Notes: generated by a model not told the origin, from the sequence alone. 64,000 bases of DNA from Verrucomicrobiota bacterium (GCA_027622665.1 JAQBYT010000003.1:163455-227454); one strand, 5' to 3'. Positions 50,615-60,505 are shown, counted from the first letter of the stretch. Translations and numbers: made by a program.

Positions 50615-53151
50615 GGATTGCCAAAATTAATGAATGGGGCCGTTGAAGGCTCGTCGCGCTGGCTAAAATCAGTTCGTTTTTTCGGAGAATTTTTTGTTTC
50701 TGGTGGATTCAATACAGTTCCTGAAGGAGAAGTAAATCGTGGTTTGTAGTGAGGAGACAAGCGCTCGTCAATTTGCTTGATGTACTCCTCGGTCTTCTGT
50801 TCACCCGGCTTAACGATGGTCGGACGCAGAAAAATCAGCAACTCGGTCGGAGTATACTTAACGGTAGTAGGCTGGAAAAACTTTTTACCGAAGTAAGGTA
50901 TGGAACTCAATAGCTTGTAACTCGATTCGGTCGAATCGACCTGTACTTCCTGCAACCCCCCCAGAACCAAGATTTCACCGTCCTGAATAGTTACGAAAGA
51001 CTTCGCCTCACGAATTTTCTTGGAAGGCAAAGACTGTCCTTGAAAAGTATTGGTTACAGTTTCATCGAATTTTTCAGCAGTCACTTCTATCTCCATAAAA
51101 ATAGAACCCGGAGATATCATTGTCCCATTCTCATCCAACTTCGGAAGTCCTATCTTAGGTTTTTTGATTTGGAGCTCAGTCTTAGCGGTAATGGTGTCAC
51201 GTTGACCCGTAGAACTTTCTCCAGTAGTGCTTGTTGAATTATACCCATATGTAGGAACAATAATGTTTCTTTCATCCTGAATCAAGATGTGCACCTCCGG
51301 GGCATTGTGAGAAACCATTAAAGACGGAGTCGAAAAGATCCGAACGTCATTGCGCTCGGAGGAAAGAGCAAAAAGCTGATCCCAACGAATGCCGGATAAC
51401 TTCCAGTCATGCATTTGGAAAGGTATGGATGAAGCTAATCCGGGCACTCCAAGAACACCTTCGAATGTTTCAGAAACAACATTTCCGGAAACTTGGATGG
51501 GATCTCCCGCTGGTTGCTCAATCGATACCGTTCCATTGTTGGGAGTACCGAACAGACCGTCTCCAGCTTCGCCCCTATCGTACTTCGACCATTGTAAATT
51601 CTTGAAAAGAGCATCGATTCCACGCTGGTTTTGTTCCGTGAGGTCGACCATCACGAAAATGGTGTCAATACGCGCCAATGGAAGGGGATGATCGAGAGAC
51701 TCGATCATGCGACCGATTTCCTCAATGTCGGCTGGAGTTCCATAAACCAGTATGGCATTACTACGCTCGTCAGCAGAAATTGTAATAAAGTCGCTGAATT
51801 CATGAGAACCTTCATATCCGGCGTCGGCACTGGATGCAGTCGACGCGGCAGTTGTTGCAGCACCTCCGGGTGTCGGTGGTTTCGGCACTCCGGAATTAGC
51901 AGCTTGCGGACGAGCGGCGGCGGTCTTTCGCCCTTGCACTTGTTGCTTGATTCTTTGCTGATTTTTTATGACTTCATCTAAAATAGCTTGTATGTCCTTC
52001 GCTTCCGCATGTTGAAGTTTGAATAGATTCGAACTGGTCTTCATTTTAACGGGAGCGTCCAAGGTCTCCAATATGAATTGGATTGTTTCCAAGTTCTGTG
52101 AGCGCGTCACGACAAGAAGTTTCCCCGTGCGGTCGTCAGAATCAACTTGTGTAGTACCCCCGAGAAAAGGCTTCAAACTACCTTCGATCATTGCCTTGAG
52201 CTTAGTCTCAAGTTCGCGAGCTCCGGCATGTTGGGTTTCCCAAACGAAGAACTCGGTTCCGAGATCTTCCTTACGGATCGGGCGATCAATGGTTTCAAGT
52301 AATTTTTCCATTCGCTGAAGGTTGAGAAGAGAATCAGTAATCAAAATACTGTTGGCTTTTTCGAAAACAAGAAGGGTTGACACATTGGGCGTGGCAAAAG
52401 AGTTCAATTGCTCCCGAACCTCCACTGCGGGAGCATACAAAAGATGGAACATCTTAATATAAATTCTTTGACTTGGCGCCAATTGGGTGGAGGAACCTTC
52501 AAGCCAGATCGGCACCTGGGCGTTAACGCCTAATGCAGGAACGGCTTTCCAGAAAAGATTATCGATCTTGGTCATCGCAATACCATTCATCGTTAAAAGA
52601 CTCTCAATCGCCATGAGCGCTTCTCTTTTGGTAAGCACACTGAAACTATCGAAATTCAGTTGTACCTGGGGCAGGTTTTGAGGGCGCAAAATATAGCGTC
52701 CTGTCCACAACTGGACCATTTCCAGAGCGTCCTTAGCCGGCAGATCCCTTAGCTTGATCCGATCAAGAGGTTCGTCCAAACCCTCAATCCCGAGCAGTTC
52801 CTCCGGATCCGAAAAAAGCGCTGCTCCGCCAAGAAAACCCGTTTCATCGAAGATCGGTTCTGCAGTCGGAACCTTCGGGGCAGGGACGCCGGCATTAGGT
52901 GGAGCGAGAGGTGGGGCAACAGATGCCGGTGGCGGAATAGAGGGAACAGCAGGCGCTCCGGGCGGAACAACTGAACGGGGTGCGGGAATGCCTCCCGGAA
53001 AAGAAGGAATTACCGATGGCGGGGGAGGAATGCTTCCGGGAGGAGGCAATACCTGTCCCTCGGACAAAATCGATTTACCGAACGCACCCAGAAAGATCAA
53101 AGCTAAGGGGAAGCTCTTATGTAAAAACTTAGTATTGTGATAGTTTTTCAT
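50611..53151 (-). CDS. gspD: Type II secretion secretin D
   Basis: Signal, Pro-rich leader, N0 and N domains (ANSILITD, DDRTGKLLV, DERSNAILV), secretin core (STPSLMV, DGEILVLGGL, ELLIFLRPTIV). Confidence 0.9.
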   Translation of the reverse strand: MKNYHNTKFLHKSFPLALIFLGAFGKSILSEGQVLPPPGSIPPPPSVIPSFPGGIPAPRSVVPPGAPAVPSIPPPASVAPPLAPPNAGVPAPKVPTAEPIFDETGFLGGAALFSDPEELLGIEGLDEPLDRIKLRDLPAKDALEMVQLWTGRYILRPQNLPQVQLNFDSFSVLTKREALMAIESLLTMNGIAMTKIDNLFWKAVPALGVNAQVPIWLEGSSTQLAPSQRIYIKMFHLLYAPAVEVREQLNSFATPNVSTLLVFEKANSILITDSLLNLQRMEKLLETIDRPIRKEDLGTEFFVWETQHAGARELETKLKAMIEGSLKPFLGGTTQVDSDDRTGKLLVVTRSQNLETIQFILETLDAPVKMKTSSNLFKLQHAEAKDIQAILDEVIKNQQRIKQQVQGRKTAAARPQAANSGVPKPPTPGGAATTAASTASSADAGYEGSHEFSDFITISADERSNAILVYGTPADIEEIGRMIESLDHPLPLARIDTIFVMVDLTEQNQRGIDALFKNLQWSKYDRGEAGDGLFGTPNNGTVSIEQPAGDPIQVSGNVVSETFEGVLGVPGLASSIPFQMHDWKLSGIRWDQLFALSSERNDVRIFSTPSLMVSHNAPEVHILIQDERNIIVPTYGYNSTSTTGESSTGQRDTITAKTELQIKKPKIGLPKLDENGTMISPGSIFMEIEVTAEKFDETVTNTFQGQSLPSKKIREAKSFVTIQDGEILVLGGLQEVQVDSTESSYKLLSSIPYFGKKFFQPTTVKYTPTELLIFLRPTIVKPGEQKTEEYIKQIDERLSPHYKPRFTSPSGTVLNPPETKNSPKKRTDFSQRDEPSTAPFINFGNP

Positions 53152-53182
53152 GAAAATTCAGGCTTATACAATAAAGAAGGTT

Positions 53183-53722
53183 TCAACCATCTGCAAATTC
53201 TACCGAGCTCACGTGAAAAACGGCATCATAGGTGACTTCTTCATAGGGTTTGTTTTTAGGCGGATAATTCGGTTCAATCTCAACCTCGCTTAAAAACATA
53301 TACGGACTTTCCTTGCGTATCAACGCGGCAAATTCATTGACGTTTTCATAGGAAGCTTTCTTGAAAGATATGCGGACGGTGTGTTGCTTGTATCGCTCCC
53401 TTTCCTCCGTTTCCAGTTCGCGGTACTCGCGATTCAGGAAAACCTTATCTGCCAAAGACGAGGCTCTATTGCTGAGTTGCCGACGATCATAGCTAACATT
53501 TTGCTGTTCTTTCTTATGCCGTATTAATGCGGCATCGATGTCCGTCCTTAGATTCAAGATTCGGAGATGACCTTCGATGCGAGTTCCCGCATTCGACCAC
53601 ATCCCGAAAGCATCCAAACCGACTCTTGCAAGGATAACAAAAGCGGAACAAAGAGCCATCCACTGAAAGAGCAGTAGAAAAACCTGCTCTCGCCCCTTCA
53701 TGCCGGAAAACCACTTAGGCAT
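53183..53722 (-). CDS. GspM-like protein
   Basis: RE..LL followed by a TM and a ferredoxin-like periplasmic domain. Positioned after the gspL-like gene. Confidence 0.6.
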   Translation of the reverse strand: MPKWFSGMKGREQVFLLLFQWMALCSAFVILARVGLDAFGMWSNAGTRIEGHLRILNLRTDIDAALIRHKKEQQNVSYDRRQLSNRASSLADKVFLNREYRELETEERERYKQHTVRISFKKASYENVNEFAALIRKESPYMFLSEVEIEPNYPPKNKPYEEVTYDAVFHVSSVEFADG

Positions 53723-53728
53723 AATCAA

Positions 53729-54988
53729 TCAACCTCCTTCGTCCTCTTGAATGGCCTCGCTGGAGGGAGCATTTGCCTGCTCAATGACTTTTCCCTCATT
53801 TAACAAAAGTTGAATCTCGAAAGTCGTCTTCCCTGCCGAACTCACAATTTTTCGCTTTGGCTCTCCACTTTTAGTGGTCCGAACATTACCGACCCCGTTT
53901 TCGACAAGCCCCTTGATGAAACTGTTTACCGCCTCCACGCTCCTCCCCTGCCCCTCAAGAAAGATATCATTTCTACTGTCGAACTTTGCGTTGGTAAACC
54001 AAAGGTGGGGTGCGTCGCCCTGACCTCCACGATGAGCAGCAAGTCTTTCAAGGGATCCAAAAGGATCGATTCCTCCAAGCTTGTTCTGGCGAAGTTTTTC
54101 CAAAAGTTTTTGGGATTCCAACACGAGAGGCACTTGCATCCCTTTTTCGGCAGCATCTGCCTCTCTCGCCAAAGCCTTGTTGTCAAAAATCCTTATGCCA
54201 ACGAAAGCGACCACCAAAGCCGCCACTCCAACTCCCCATGCCAAAAAAGCCGTCCAACGGTGGCGAACCCATTCCCGCCGCGATTGCTCGGTTTGCTTAA
54301 ACGCAAGGGAGCGAACATCGCAATCCCACAAAAGTTCCGCAGGCAGGTTGACTATCTCATTAGGAGAATCCTCTTCCTCCGCGTCTTCAACGAAATGTTC
54401 GAACTCGAAAAGACCGTCATTCGTACGGGAAACCTCGCCAGTGGCAACAATCCGAGGAGAGATCTCAAATCTTTCGAGGGAAAACAAGGAGAGCAGTTTT
54501 CCGCGAGTTTCGTCGCAGCGATTGCCCTCTTCTTCCTCAGGAGATATCGGAAGTGAAAACAATTGAGTGGGAACAGGGCAGTCAGGTTCGAATGATGCAG
54601 CCGTAAGCGTTTCCTCATGTCGGAGAAAACAAATAGTCGGCTTTTCGTACTTCTTGTCGAAAAGAGAGACGAAGGAAGGAAAAACACGACGAAACACTTC
54701 CAAGTCCTGCCAACCCATCTGGCGAAGTTTAAATGATGATGCACCAAACAAAATCATCTTTCCGTGCTCGATCGAGCTAAAATACCCCCATGCCAATTGC
54801 TCAAGGGGGTAAGGAGAAAGACCTTCCTCCTCCAAGGCTTGCCGCGCGTAGGCCGGGAAATCCTCAGGATCTAGGTTACGAGGAACGTCAATCGACTCGC
54901 AGAAGAAATGTTCGCCGGGGATGCGAAGAACGATGTCTCTTAGTTCTTCGGTCGATGAGACCGGAACACTCTCTTCGATTTCAGCCAT
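53729..54988 (-). CDS. GspL/PilN-like protein
   Basis: Cytoplasmic domain, single TM, LW......I.LEG...S.EAV..F periplasmic motif; operon position. Confidence 0.62.
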   Translation of the reverse strand: MAEIEESVPVSSTEELRDIVLRIPGEHFFCESIDVPRNLDPEDFPAYARQALEEEGLSPYPLEQLAWGYFSSIEHGKMILFGASSFKLRQMGWQDLEVFRRVFPSFVSLFDKKYEKPTICFLRHEETLTAASFEPDCPVPTQLFSLPISPEEEEGNRCDETRGKLLSLFSLERFEISPRIVATGEVSRTNDGLFEFEHFVEDAEEEDSPNEIVNLPAELLWDCDVRSLAFKQTEQSRREWVRHRWTAFLAWGVGVAALVVAFVGIRIFDNKALAREADAAEKGMQVPLVLESQKLLEKLRQNKLGGIDPFGSLERLAAHRGGQGDAPHLWFTNAKFDSRNDIFLEGQGRSVEAVNSFIKGLVENGVGNVRTTKSGEPKRKIVSSAGKTTFEIQLLLNEGKVIEQANAPSSEAIQEDEGG

Positions 54989-55084
54989 AAATTTAAAATG
55001 TTTCCACAACGAATGGAATCGCAGGAGAAAGACGGAATTTTACTTGGGTAGAATTATTGAGTAATCAAATAGAACGCGCGCGAG

Positions 55085-56245
55085 TCAGTCGATCAAATTT
55101 TCATTTTCTCGTAAAGCGATAATTCGGAAAGGGTACTGTAATTTTAAAAAGTTCGGATCAAGGGGACCGCGACCACTGTTTTTACTGTTGGAGGTGCGCG
55201 TATTGGGTGTGCGCGCCGAAGGAACGGAACGAGCGGGTCCAGCCGTAACCGCGGTTCCTCCGGACGATGAGCGACCACTTTCCAAAAGCGCGTGCAACCT
55301 GAAATTAGATGGACCTTTGCTCACGGTTACGTGGATTCGAAAGATCTTACACTCTGCACCCAGCTCGATCGACCGATTCCTTCGCAAAGAAGAAAGTTTC
55401 GAATCGTTTGGGTTTCGAAAGAAAGACTCCGAGGAGGAAGGGTCTTTACCGCTTAAAATATCGAGGATTTGCTCGTAGGCGCGATCATCATCACCGCAAA
55501 GAAAGCGGAGGAGATAGTCCGGCGCAGTGTTAATGTTCACGGGATAGCCGTTGTGAAAGGAAACCGTGGAGCGAAAGTGTCGAAAATTAGAGGTTTCGTT
55601 ACCAAGTTCGTCAAAGAAGAGACCACTTCCATCAGGATCATCAAGATCATAAGAGAACCCCTTGATATGTCGAAATTCCTCAAAGCTCGTCAACTTGTCG
55701 TTCGGCGGAAAGTATGAGGGTTCGAGATCCTTATAATAATCCTCCTCCACACCATCGTCGCGCTCATCGTCGTCCTTATCCTGCCAATCCAGAAGACAGT
55801 CCACAAAAGGCTCGCCATCCCTCTCGTTCAATAGACCGTCTTCCTCCTTAACCATAAGGGCAAAGAGAACGACCAGGTCCTTTTCCTTGAAGGAACCAAA
55901 GGGAATCTTGCCGGTTTCATCCTCAATCCTCACCTCCCACTTCACTCCTGCTTCAGGAGATTCAATCTCGGCATAACTCAAGGGATTAGCCCATCCTTGA
56001 GAAGGAGAAAACAATTGTCCCTCAACCATCTTCCATTCCTCAAGAACACCCAAGGCAACTTCCAATGCCGAATAAGCCTGAATACGTAAATCGTCTCGGC
56101 GATGAAACTGGCTAACGTGTTCCATCTCCCGAACCGTCTCCTCAAGTAAACGCATGGCGAGTACCGACAGGAGTACAATGATCGCCAATACGAAGATAAG
56201 GACTGAACCTCTCCTATGCCTAGCTGTTGCCAAGACGGTCATCAT
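55085..56245 (-). CDS. gspK: Minor pseudopilin K
   Basis: RRGSVLIFVL, IEDETGKI, LLDWQD.D, VNINTAP. Confidence 0.88.
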   Translation of the reverse strand: MMTVLATARHRRGSVLIFVLAIIVLLSVLAMRLLEETVREMEHVSQFHRRDDLRIQAYSALEVALGVLEEWKMVEGQLFSPSQGWANPLSYAEIESPEAGVKWEVRIEDETGKIPFGSFKEKDLVVLFALMVKEEDGLLNERDGEPFVDCLLDWQDKDDDERDDGVEEDYYKDLEPSYFPPNDKLTSFEEFRHIKGFSYDLDDPDGSGLFFDELGNETSNFRHFRSTVSFHNGYPVNINTAPDYLLRFLCGDDDRAYEQILDILSGKDPSSSESFFRNPNDSKLSSLRRNRSIELGAECKIFRIHVTVSKGPSNFRLHALLESGRSSSGGTAVTAGPARSVPSARTPNTRTSNSKNSGRGPLDPNFLKLQYPFRIIALRENENLID

Positions 56246-56985
56246 CGTTTCTCCGGGCTCAGACCGTTTGGGGAAATTCGAGCTATCGGGATGGTGATGG
56301 TTCTCTCTAAATCTTGAGATTTCATCCTAAATACTAACCTTATAAAATCAGGAAGGTTATGCTGATCGTTTTCGTTATCCTCCTGCAGTTCGTCTTCCAA
56401 GTCCCATTGCCCTTCTTCTTTATCGTAATAACAGTACTCGATTTCTTCGCAAAACTTGCTGATCGGAGTTTTGAACAGGTCGTCCTCACTCTCGAGTTCT
56501 GGTTTGCCGGACTCGCCCTTCTCCATCTTCTGTAAATCCGAATACCAAAGAAGGCTTAATCCATCTCCATCTTCGAAGTAAATGTAGCAATGAACTCTGG
56601 GAGCCAAACCATGGGGCCAAACCAAGACAGGCGGTGCCTCACGAACAAAAAAACTGATAAGCGGATCTTCCACATCGGAAAAATCCACCGGGCGATCCAG
56701 AAATATCGGACTTTTGGCATTTTCGGATCCCGGCGCCATTGTGGCTTTGTCCATTATTGAGACAAAAAAGCGAGCCACGCCATCCACGTGAGCGTCAAAG
56801 GCGTCTCGCGTAGCCGGTCTTTCGGCCCAGGCGCGGGAAAGAGTAATCAGCAAGGATGTTGCGGCAGTTAACAACAAGCCGGAAATGGCCAAAGCCAATA
56901 AAACCTCGACCAAGGTAAACCCTTTCCGACCATGCGCAACGGGGATTCCCGCACAAGGTCGACGAATCCGGGATCCCTGACTCAT
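56242..56985 (-). CDS. gspJ: Minor pseudopilin J
   Basis: RKG|FTLVEVLLAL prepilin motif; C-terminal LP..IRL; position. Confidence 0.75.
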   Translation of the reverse strand: MSQGSRIRRPCAGIPVAHGRKGFTLVEVLLALAISGLLLTAATSLLITLSRAWAERPATRDAFDAHVDGVARFFVSIMDKATMAPGSENAKSPIFLDRPVDFSDVEDPLISFFVREAPPVLVWPHGLAPRVHCYIYFEDGDGLSLLWYSDLQKMEKGESGKPELESEDDLFKTPISKFCEEIEYCYYDKEEGQWDLEDELQEDNENDQHNLPDFIRLVFRMKSQDLERTITIPIARISPNGLSPEKR

Positions 56986-57518
56986 CGTTGTCGACCCTCC
57001 TTGATTTCACGAATCTTGTCCCGCTTGTCGTTCAACAACTCCGCTCGGTCCGAGGCGAAATCGCCATGCTTGGACCATGTTGGACGGAGAAGGTGGATTG
57101 TCGACTCCCTCTCGCCGGCTTCTATACCCAATTCCTCGGAGCCATCATGGTCGATGCGGAGACTTACCTTATAAACATCGAGCACCGAAGACAGCTCGAC
57201 CTCCGTCTCCCAGCGAATCTCCCCAAGAGTCAATGTTTCGAGGTCGCCCCCTTCCGAAATCTTTTCATAGTCGGGTTCAGCAAAAATTTGGCTTCGAGCC
57301 CATAGTAAATCCTGCTCCATTTCCCGGGTATCCTTCATGTGGCGCGTGAAACGAGCCGCCACAAAAGCTCCATCCACCAGATAAACCGCCGCCATCCCAA
57401 ACAAAGCAAGAGCAACCAAGACCTCCACAAGCAAATAGCCTTTTGAAAGGCGGAAATCGTTGTAGGGGGGAGGTATCTCAGGGATCGCCCCCCTAGGTCT
57501 TCGAAAAACTGATTTCAT
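56982..57518 (-). CDS. gspI: Minor pseudopilin I
   Basis: KG|YLLVEVLVAL variant prepilin motif; position. Start uncertain. Confidence 0.7.
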   Translation of the reverse strand: MKSVFRRPRGAIPEIPPPYNDFRLSKGYLLVEVLVALALFGMAAVYLVDGAFVAARFTRHMKDTREMEQDLLWARSQIFAEPDYEKISEGGDLETLTLGEIRWETEVELSSVLDVYKVSLRIDHDGSEELGIEAGERESTIHLLRPTWSKHGDFASDRAELLNDKRDKIREIKEGRQR

Positions 57519-57570
57519 GAGATACATGCCTAGCTCCAATAGATGTCATTTGAGACTCGCACAATTTCAC

Positions 57571-58095
57571 TCATTCACCGTCATCAACCACAACAAAGCC
57601 GGAAAAGGGATCGAAACGCAAAACCTGCTCCTTGTTCGCGAACGCGATCTTAGCTTGAAAAGGGGGGCTCACACCCGAGTGGAAGGGAATCCTCGTCAAA
57701 ACCAAGTGTTCGTCCTCCAATTTAGTGGCCCCTCCCCCCTCTCCGGCCAAGGGGCCTTCAGCCAGAAAAGTGACCTCGGGCAGGTCCCATTCCTCCTCCT
57801 CCTCCTCGCCAGACGGCATGTCTTCGTAGATAGCATGTTCGGCTAGAACCGCACCCCCCGCATCGGTCACCAGGAAGGTGGCTCGTTTTCCATCATAACG
57901 CAGAAACGCAGGGGCCTTTCGCTCACTAGCATGGTAAACTGCATCCAAAACGGCCCGCTTCAAAACCCGATCGGGAGGTTCCATCTTGGCGGCATCGATC
58001 ATGCCCACAGCTCCAACAGCAACCATGCCGGCTATTATCACCAACAAGGCAAGAACAAGAAGGATTTCGACTATGGTGAAGCCCCGGCACCGCAT
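57571..58095 (-). CDS. gspH: Minor pseudopilin H
   Basis: RG|FTIVEILLVL; C-terminal FDPFSG; follows gspG. Confidence 0.72.
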   Translation of the reverse strand: MRCRGFTIVEILLVLALLVIIAGMVAVGAVGMIDAAKMEPPDRVLKRAVLDAVYHASERKAPAFLRYDGKRATFLVTDAGGAVLAEHAIYEDMPSGEEEEEEWDLPEVTFLAEGPLAGEGGGATKLEDEHLVLTRIPFHSGVSPPFQAKIAFANKEQVLRFDPFSGFVVVDDGE

Positions 58096-58119
58096 ACCTT
58101 CTCTTTCCACTCTTCGATA

Positions 58120-58557
58120 TTATGGACCTGTTGGGGAATCCCAATTGCCTATTTCCGTGCCATCGGGAGCCATTGTCCACAAATCGAAACTCCCGGGATT
58201 ACGTTGACCGGGAGGAGGAGTGTACTGATATTTCTTTTTCCAAGGATCGAGAAGACCGCTGGCCTTCTCGACCACTGCGGTTTTTACTCCCGGCGGCGGA
58301 GTCAATAGGGCATCTAAAGTTGTGGGATATTCTCCCGCTTGTAGGTAATAAGTTGTCACAGCCGCCTTGCCCGGACCATTCACCCAGTTGCGAGCGGTAT
58401 TGATCTTGCCTGCCTCGAAAGAACCAGTGAGGTTATAGATAGTCAAACCCGCCACCAACCCGATCATCGCCAAGACGATGAGCATCTCAACCAAGGTGAA
58501 GCCTGCACGACGCTTTGCATCTATGCTGAAACAGTATTCTTTGGAATTATTTTTCAT
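58120..58557 (-). CDS. gspG: Major pseudopilin G
   Basis: RAG|FTLVEMLIVL, YPTTLDAL, DPW...YQY..PG, FDL, IGNW. Confidence 0.9.
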   Translation of the reverse strand: MKNNSKEYCFSIDAKRRAGFTLVEMLIVLAMIGLVAGLTIYNLTGSFEAGKINTARNWVNGPGKAAVTTYYLQAGEYPTTLDALLTPPPGVKTAVVEKASGLLDPWKKKYQYTPPPGQRNPGSFDLWTMAPDGTEIGNWDSPTGP

Positions 58558-58717
58558 CGTCGTATAAGGTTGTGAGAAGAAGTAGAAACATTTACTTTAG
58601 AAACTTAATTAAAAGGCAAAGGCACCATCAAGCGCAAGTGCCGAAAATACGATACGCCACCTACAATCCGTCCGAAAACTCTTGCCTTAGGCAAGCTTAG
58701 TCGCAACATTTAAGGCT

Positions 58718-59092
58718 ATGGAACTAGGAGATTACTTGCCTGTGCTGATCCAAATCCTACTGGCGTTTGGAATTGGTTTCGGCATATTGATAGCAAGCCA
58801 TATTTTCGGCCAAAAGGCCCGTCACAGCAAAATCAAGGATTCCCCCTATGAATGCGGATTGGCGGCTGAGGTATCGGGCAAGACGCGGTACTCGGTCAAG
58901 TTTTACGTCACCGCCATGCTCTTCATCCTTTTCGACGTGGATGTTGTCTTCCTTATACCTTGGACCCTTACGCACCGGGAATTGGCTGCCGCAGGTATTC
59001 CGATACTCGGGCCCATGCTTTTCTTTACGGCGATTTTGGCGGCGGGGCTCGTTTACGAACTTAAGAGCGGCGCCCTGGAATGGGACAGTTGA
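58718..59092 (+). CDS. nuoA: NADH-quinone oxidoreductase subunit A (stand-alone)
   Basis: K.SPYECG, FYVTAMLFILFD, PW, GALEW. Confidence 0.93.
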   Translation: MELGDYLPVLIQILLAFGIGFGILIASHIFGQKARHSKIKDSPYECGLAAEVSGKTRYSVKFYVTAMLFILFDVDVVFLIPWTLTHRELAAAGIPILGPMLFFTAILAAGLVYELKSGALEWDS

Positions 59093-59148
59093 TAACGGTC
59101 GCGCCAAGGCTTGGAGGGGCCCGAGCCTAAAAGGCTTGCGGAAATCCC

Positions 59149-60504
59149 ATGCGCATTGACCGCTATATTGCCTCTTCGCGAATAATTGACCTCAAAAGCA
59201 AGGACTTGCCCACGGCCTACGCCGAATTGTTAGCCACCTTTGCTCCAGTTCTTGGGAGAAAGATGCCCCGCAAGGCAATCCTCCAGGAACTATTGGATCG
59301 AGAAGCCTCACTGACCAGTTACTTGGGAGAAGGCGTAGCTCTTCCCCACGCCAGAATTCCCATGAAAAGGTCCTACGCCCTCGCCATCGGGCGTTGCCCG
59401 GCGGGACTAGCTTTCGAGGGAAAGGAAACATACGAGGAAGTACGCTTCGTCTTCATGTTGCTCGCCAACGAAAAGGCTCAAAACTACCTATCGTTTCTCG
59501 CCACTCTTGCCCGAAACTTTCAGGACAAGGCGGTCATGGACCCCCTGTGGATGGCTCGGGAGGTCAGCGAGTTCCGCAAGGCCGTAAGATCCACCTTCGC
59601 AGGAACCGACGATCGCCCCGCTCGCCGCCGCACCAAGTTCAATAAACTGCTGACCGACGAAGCCGCCAAAATTGCAAAAGCGGCCGAGTGCTCGTCGATT
59701 TTAGTCTTTGCCGACGTATTCCCTCCCGCGCTCGCCCCTCGTTTAAATTTTCCGGGTTTCAAGGTAATCGTCGCCGGAGAAAATGTGTCGGAAGATGACT
59801 TGGTCCTACACCGAGCGGATGCAGTTCTTGCGGTGCGGGCTCATTCTCGGGCTCGCCTTTCCCAGCTTCGCGCCGCCATCCTGTTGGGCATGACCCGAGG
59901 CGTCTTCGGCTTGGAGGATCGCGTATGTTGCATCGGAGGCATACCGGGCAGCGGCCAACTCGACACCTTGCTGGTAGTGGAGGTGGACGAAGAATTCGAG
60001 TCGGTCGTAGCTCCGGGAGAAGAAATGTTGCCCCACGATATTTCTGCAGCCGCATTGGAGCGCCTAATCGCCTTGGCCACTGAGCTAGCGTCGACAGGCA
60101 GAGAGGGGAAATCCATCGGAGCCTTGTTTGTTCTAGGGGACCACGAATCCGTAAAAAAACGAGTAAAGCCACTCATCCTCAATCCTTTCCACGGATACGA
60201 CGAAGAAGACCGAAATGTGCTCAACCCCTTTATGGACGAAACCATCAAGGAGTTGGCGTACATCGACGGCGCTTTCATCATTCGCGGAGACGGCGTAGTC
60301 GAATCCGCCGGCAGCATGGTACAGGCCCGGGCAGACGAAATAGAGCTTCCGGGCGGTCTCGGCACACGTCATGCAGCCGCAGCCGCCATCACATACGTCA
60401 CGAACGCTCTTGCATTGGTCGTTTCCTCCTCGGGCCAAGTAACCCTTTTCCGGAAGGGACGCATGTTCACTCTTTTCGAAAAGTCGGAAGGAAGATCCCT
60501 GTGA
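59149..60504 (+). CDS. PTS EIIA(Fru/Mtl/Ntr)-domain - diadenylate cyclase (DisA_N) fusion
   Basis: N-terminal RE...S.LGEGVALPHAR (phospho-His). C-terminal REGK.IGALFV, IKELA.IDGA and GLGTRH.AA DAC motifs. Confidence 0.88.
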   Translation: MRIDRYIASSRIIDLKSKDLPTAYAELLATFAPVLGRKMPRKAILQELLDREASLTSYLGEGVALPHARIPMKRSYALAIGRCPAGLAFEGKETYEEVRFVFMLLANEKAQNYLSFLATLARNFQDKAVMDPLWMAREVSEFRKAVRSTFAGTDDRPARRRTKFNKLLTDEAAKIAKAAECSSILVFADVFPPALAPRLNFPGFKVIVAGENVSEDDLVLHRADAVLAVRAHSRARLSQLRAAILLGMTRGVFGLEDRVCCIGGIPGSGQLDTLLVVEVDEEFESVVAPGEEMLPHDISAAALERLIALATELASTGREGKSIGALFVLGDHESVKKRVKPLILNPFHGYDEEDRNVLNPFMDETIKELAYIDGAFIIRGDGVVESAGSMVQARADEIELPGGLGTRHAAAAAITYVTNALALVVSSSGQVTLFRKGRMFTLFEKSEGRSL

Positions 60505-60505
60505 C

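Noticed and set aside
46851..58557. Type IV pilus operon
   Set aside because: GspG- and GspK-type signatures and a multi-N-domain secretin, with no PilT or PilM, favour T2SS.
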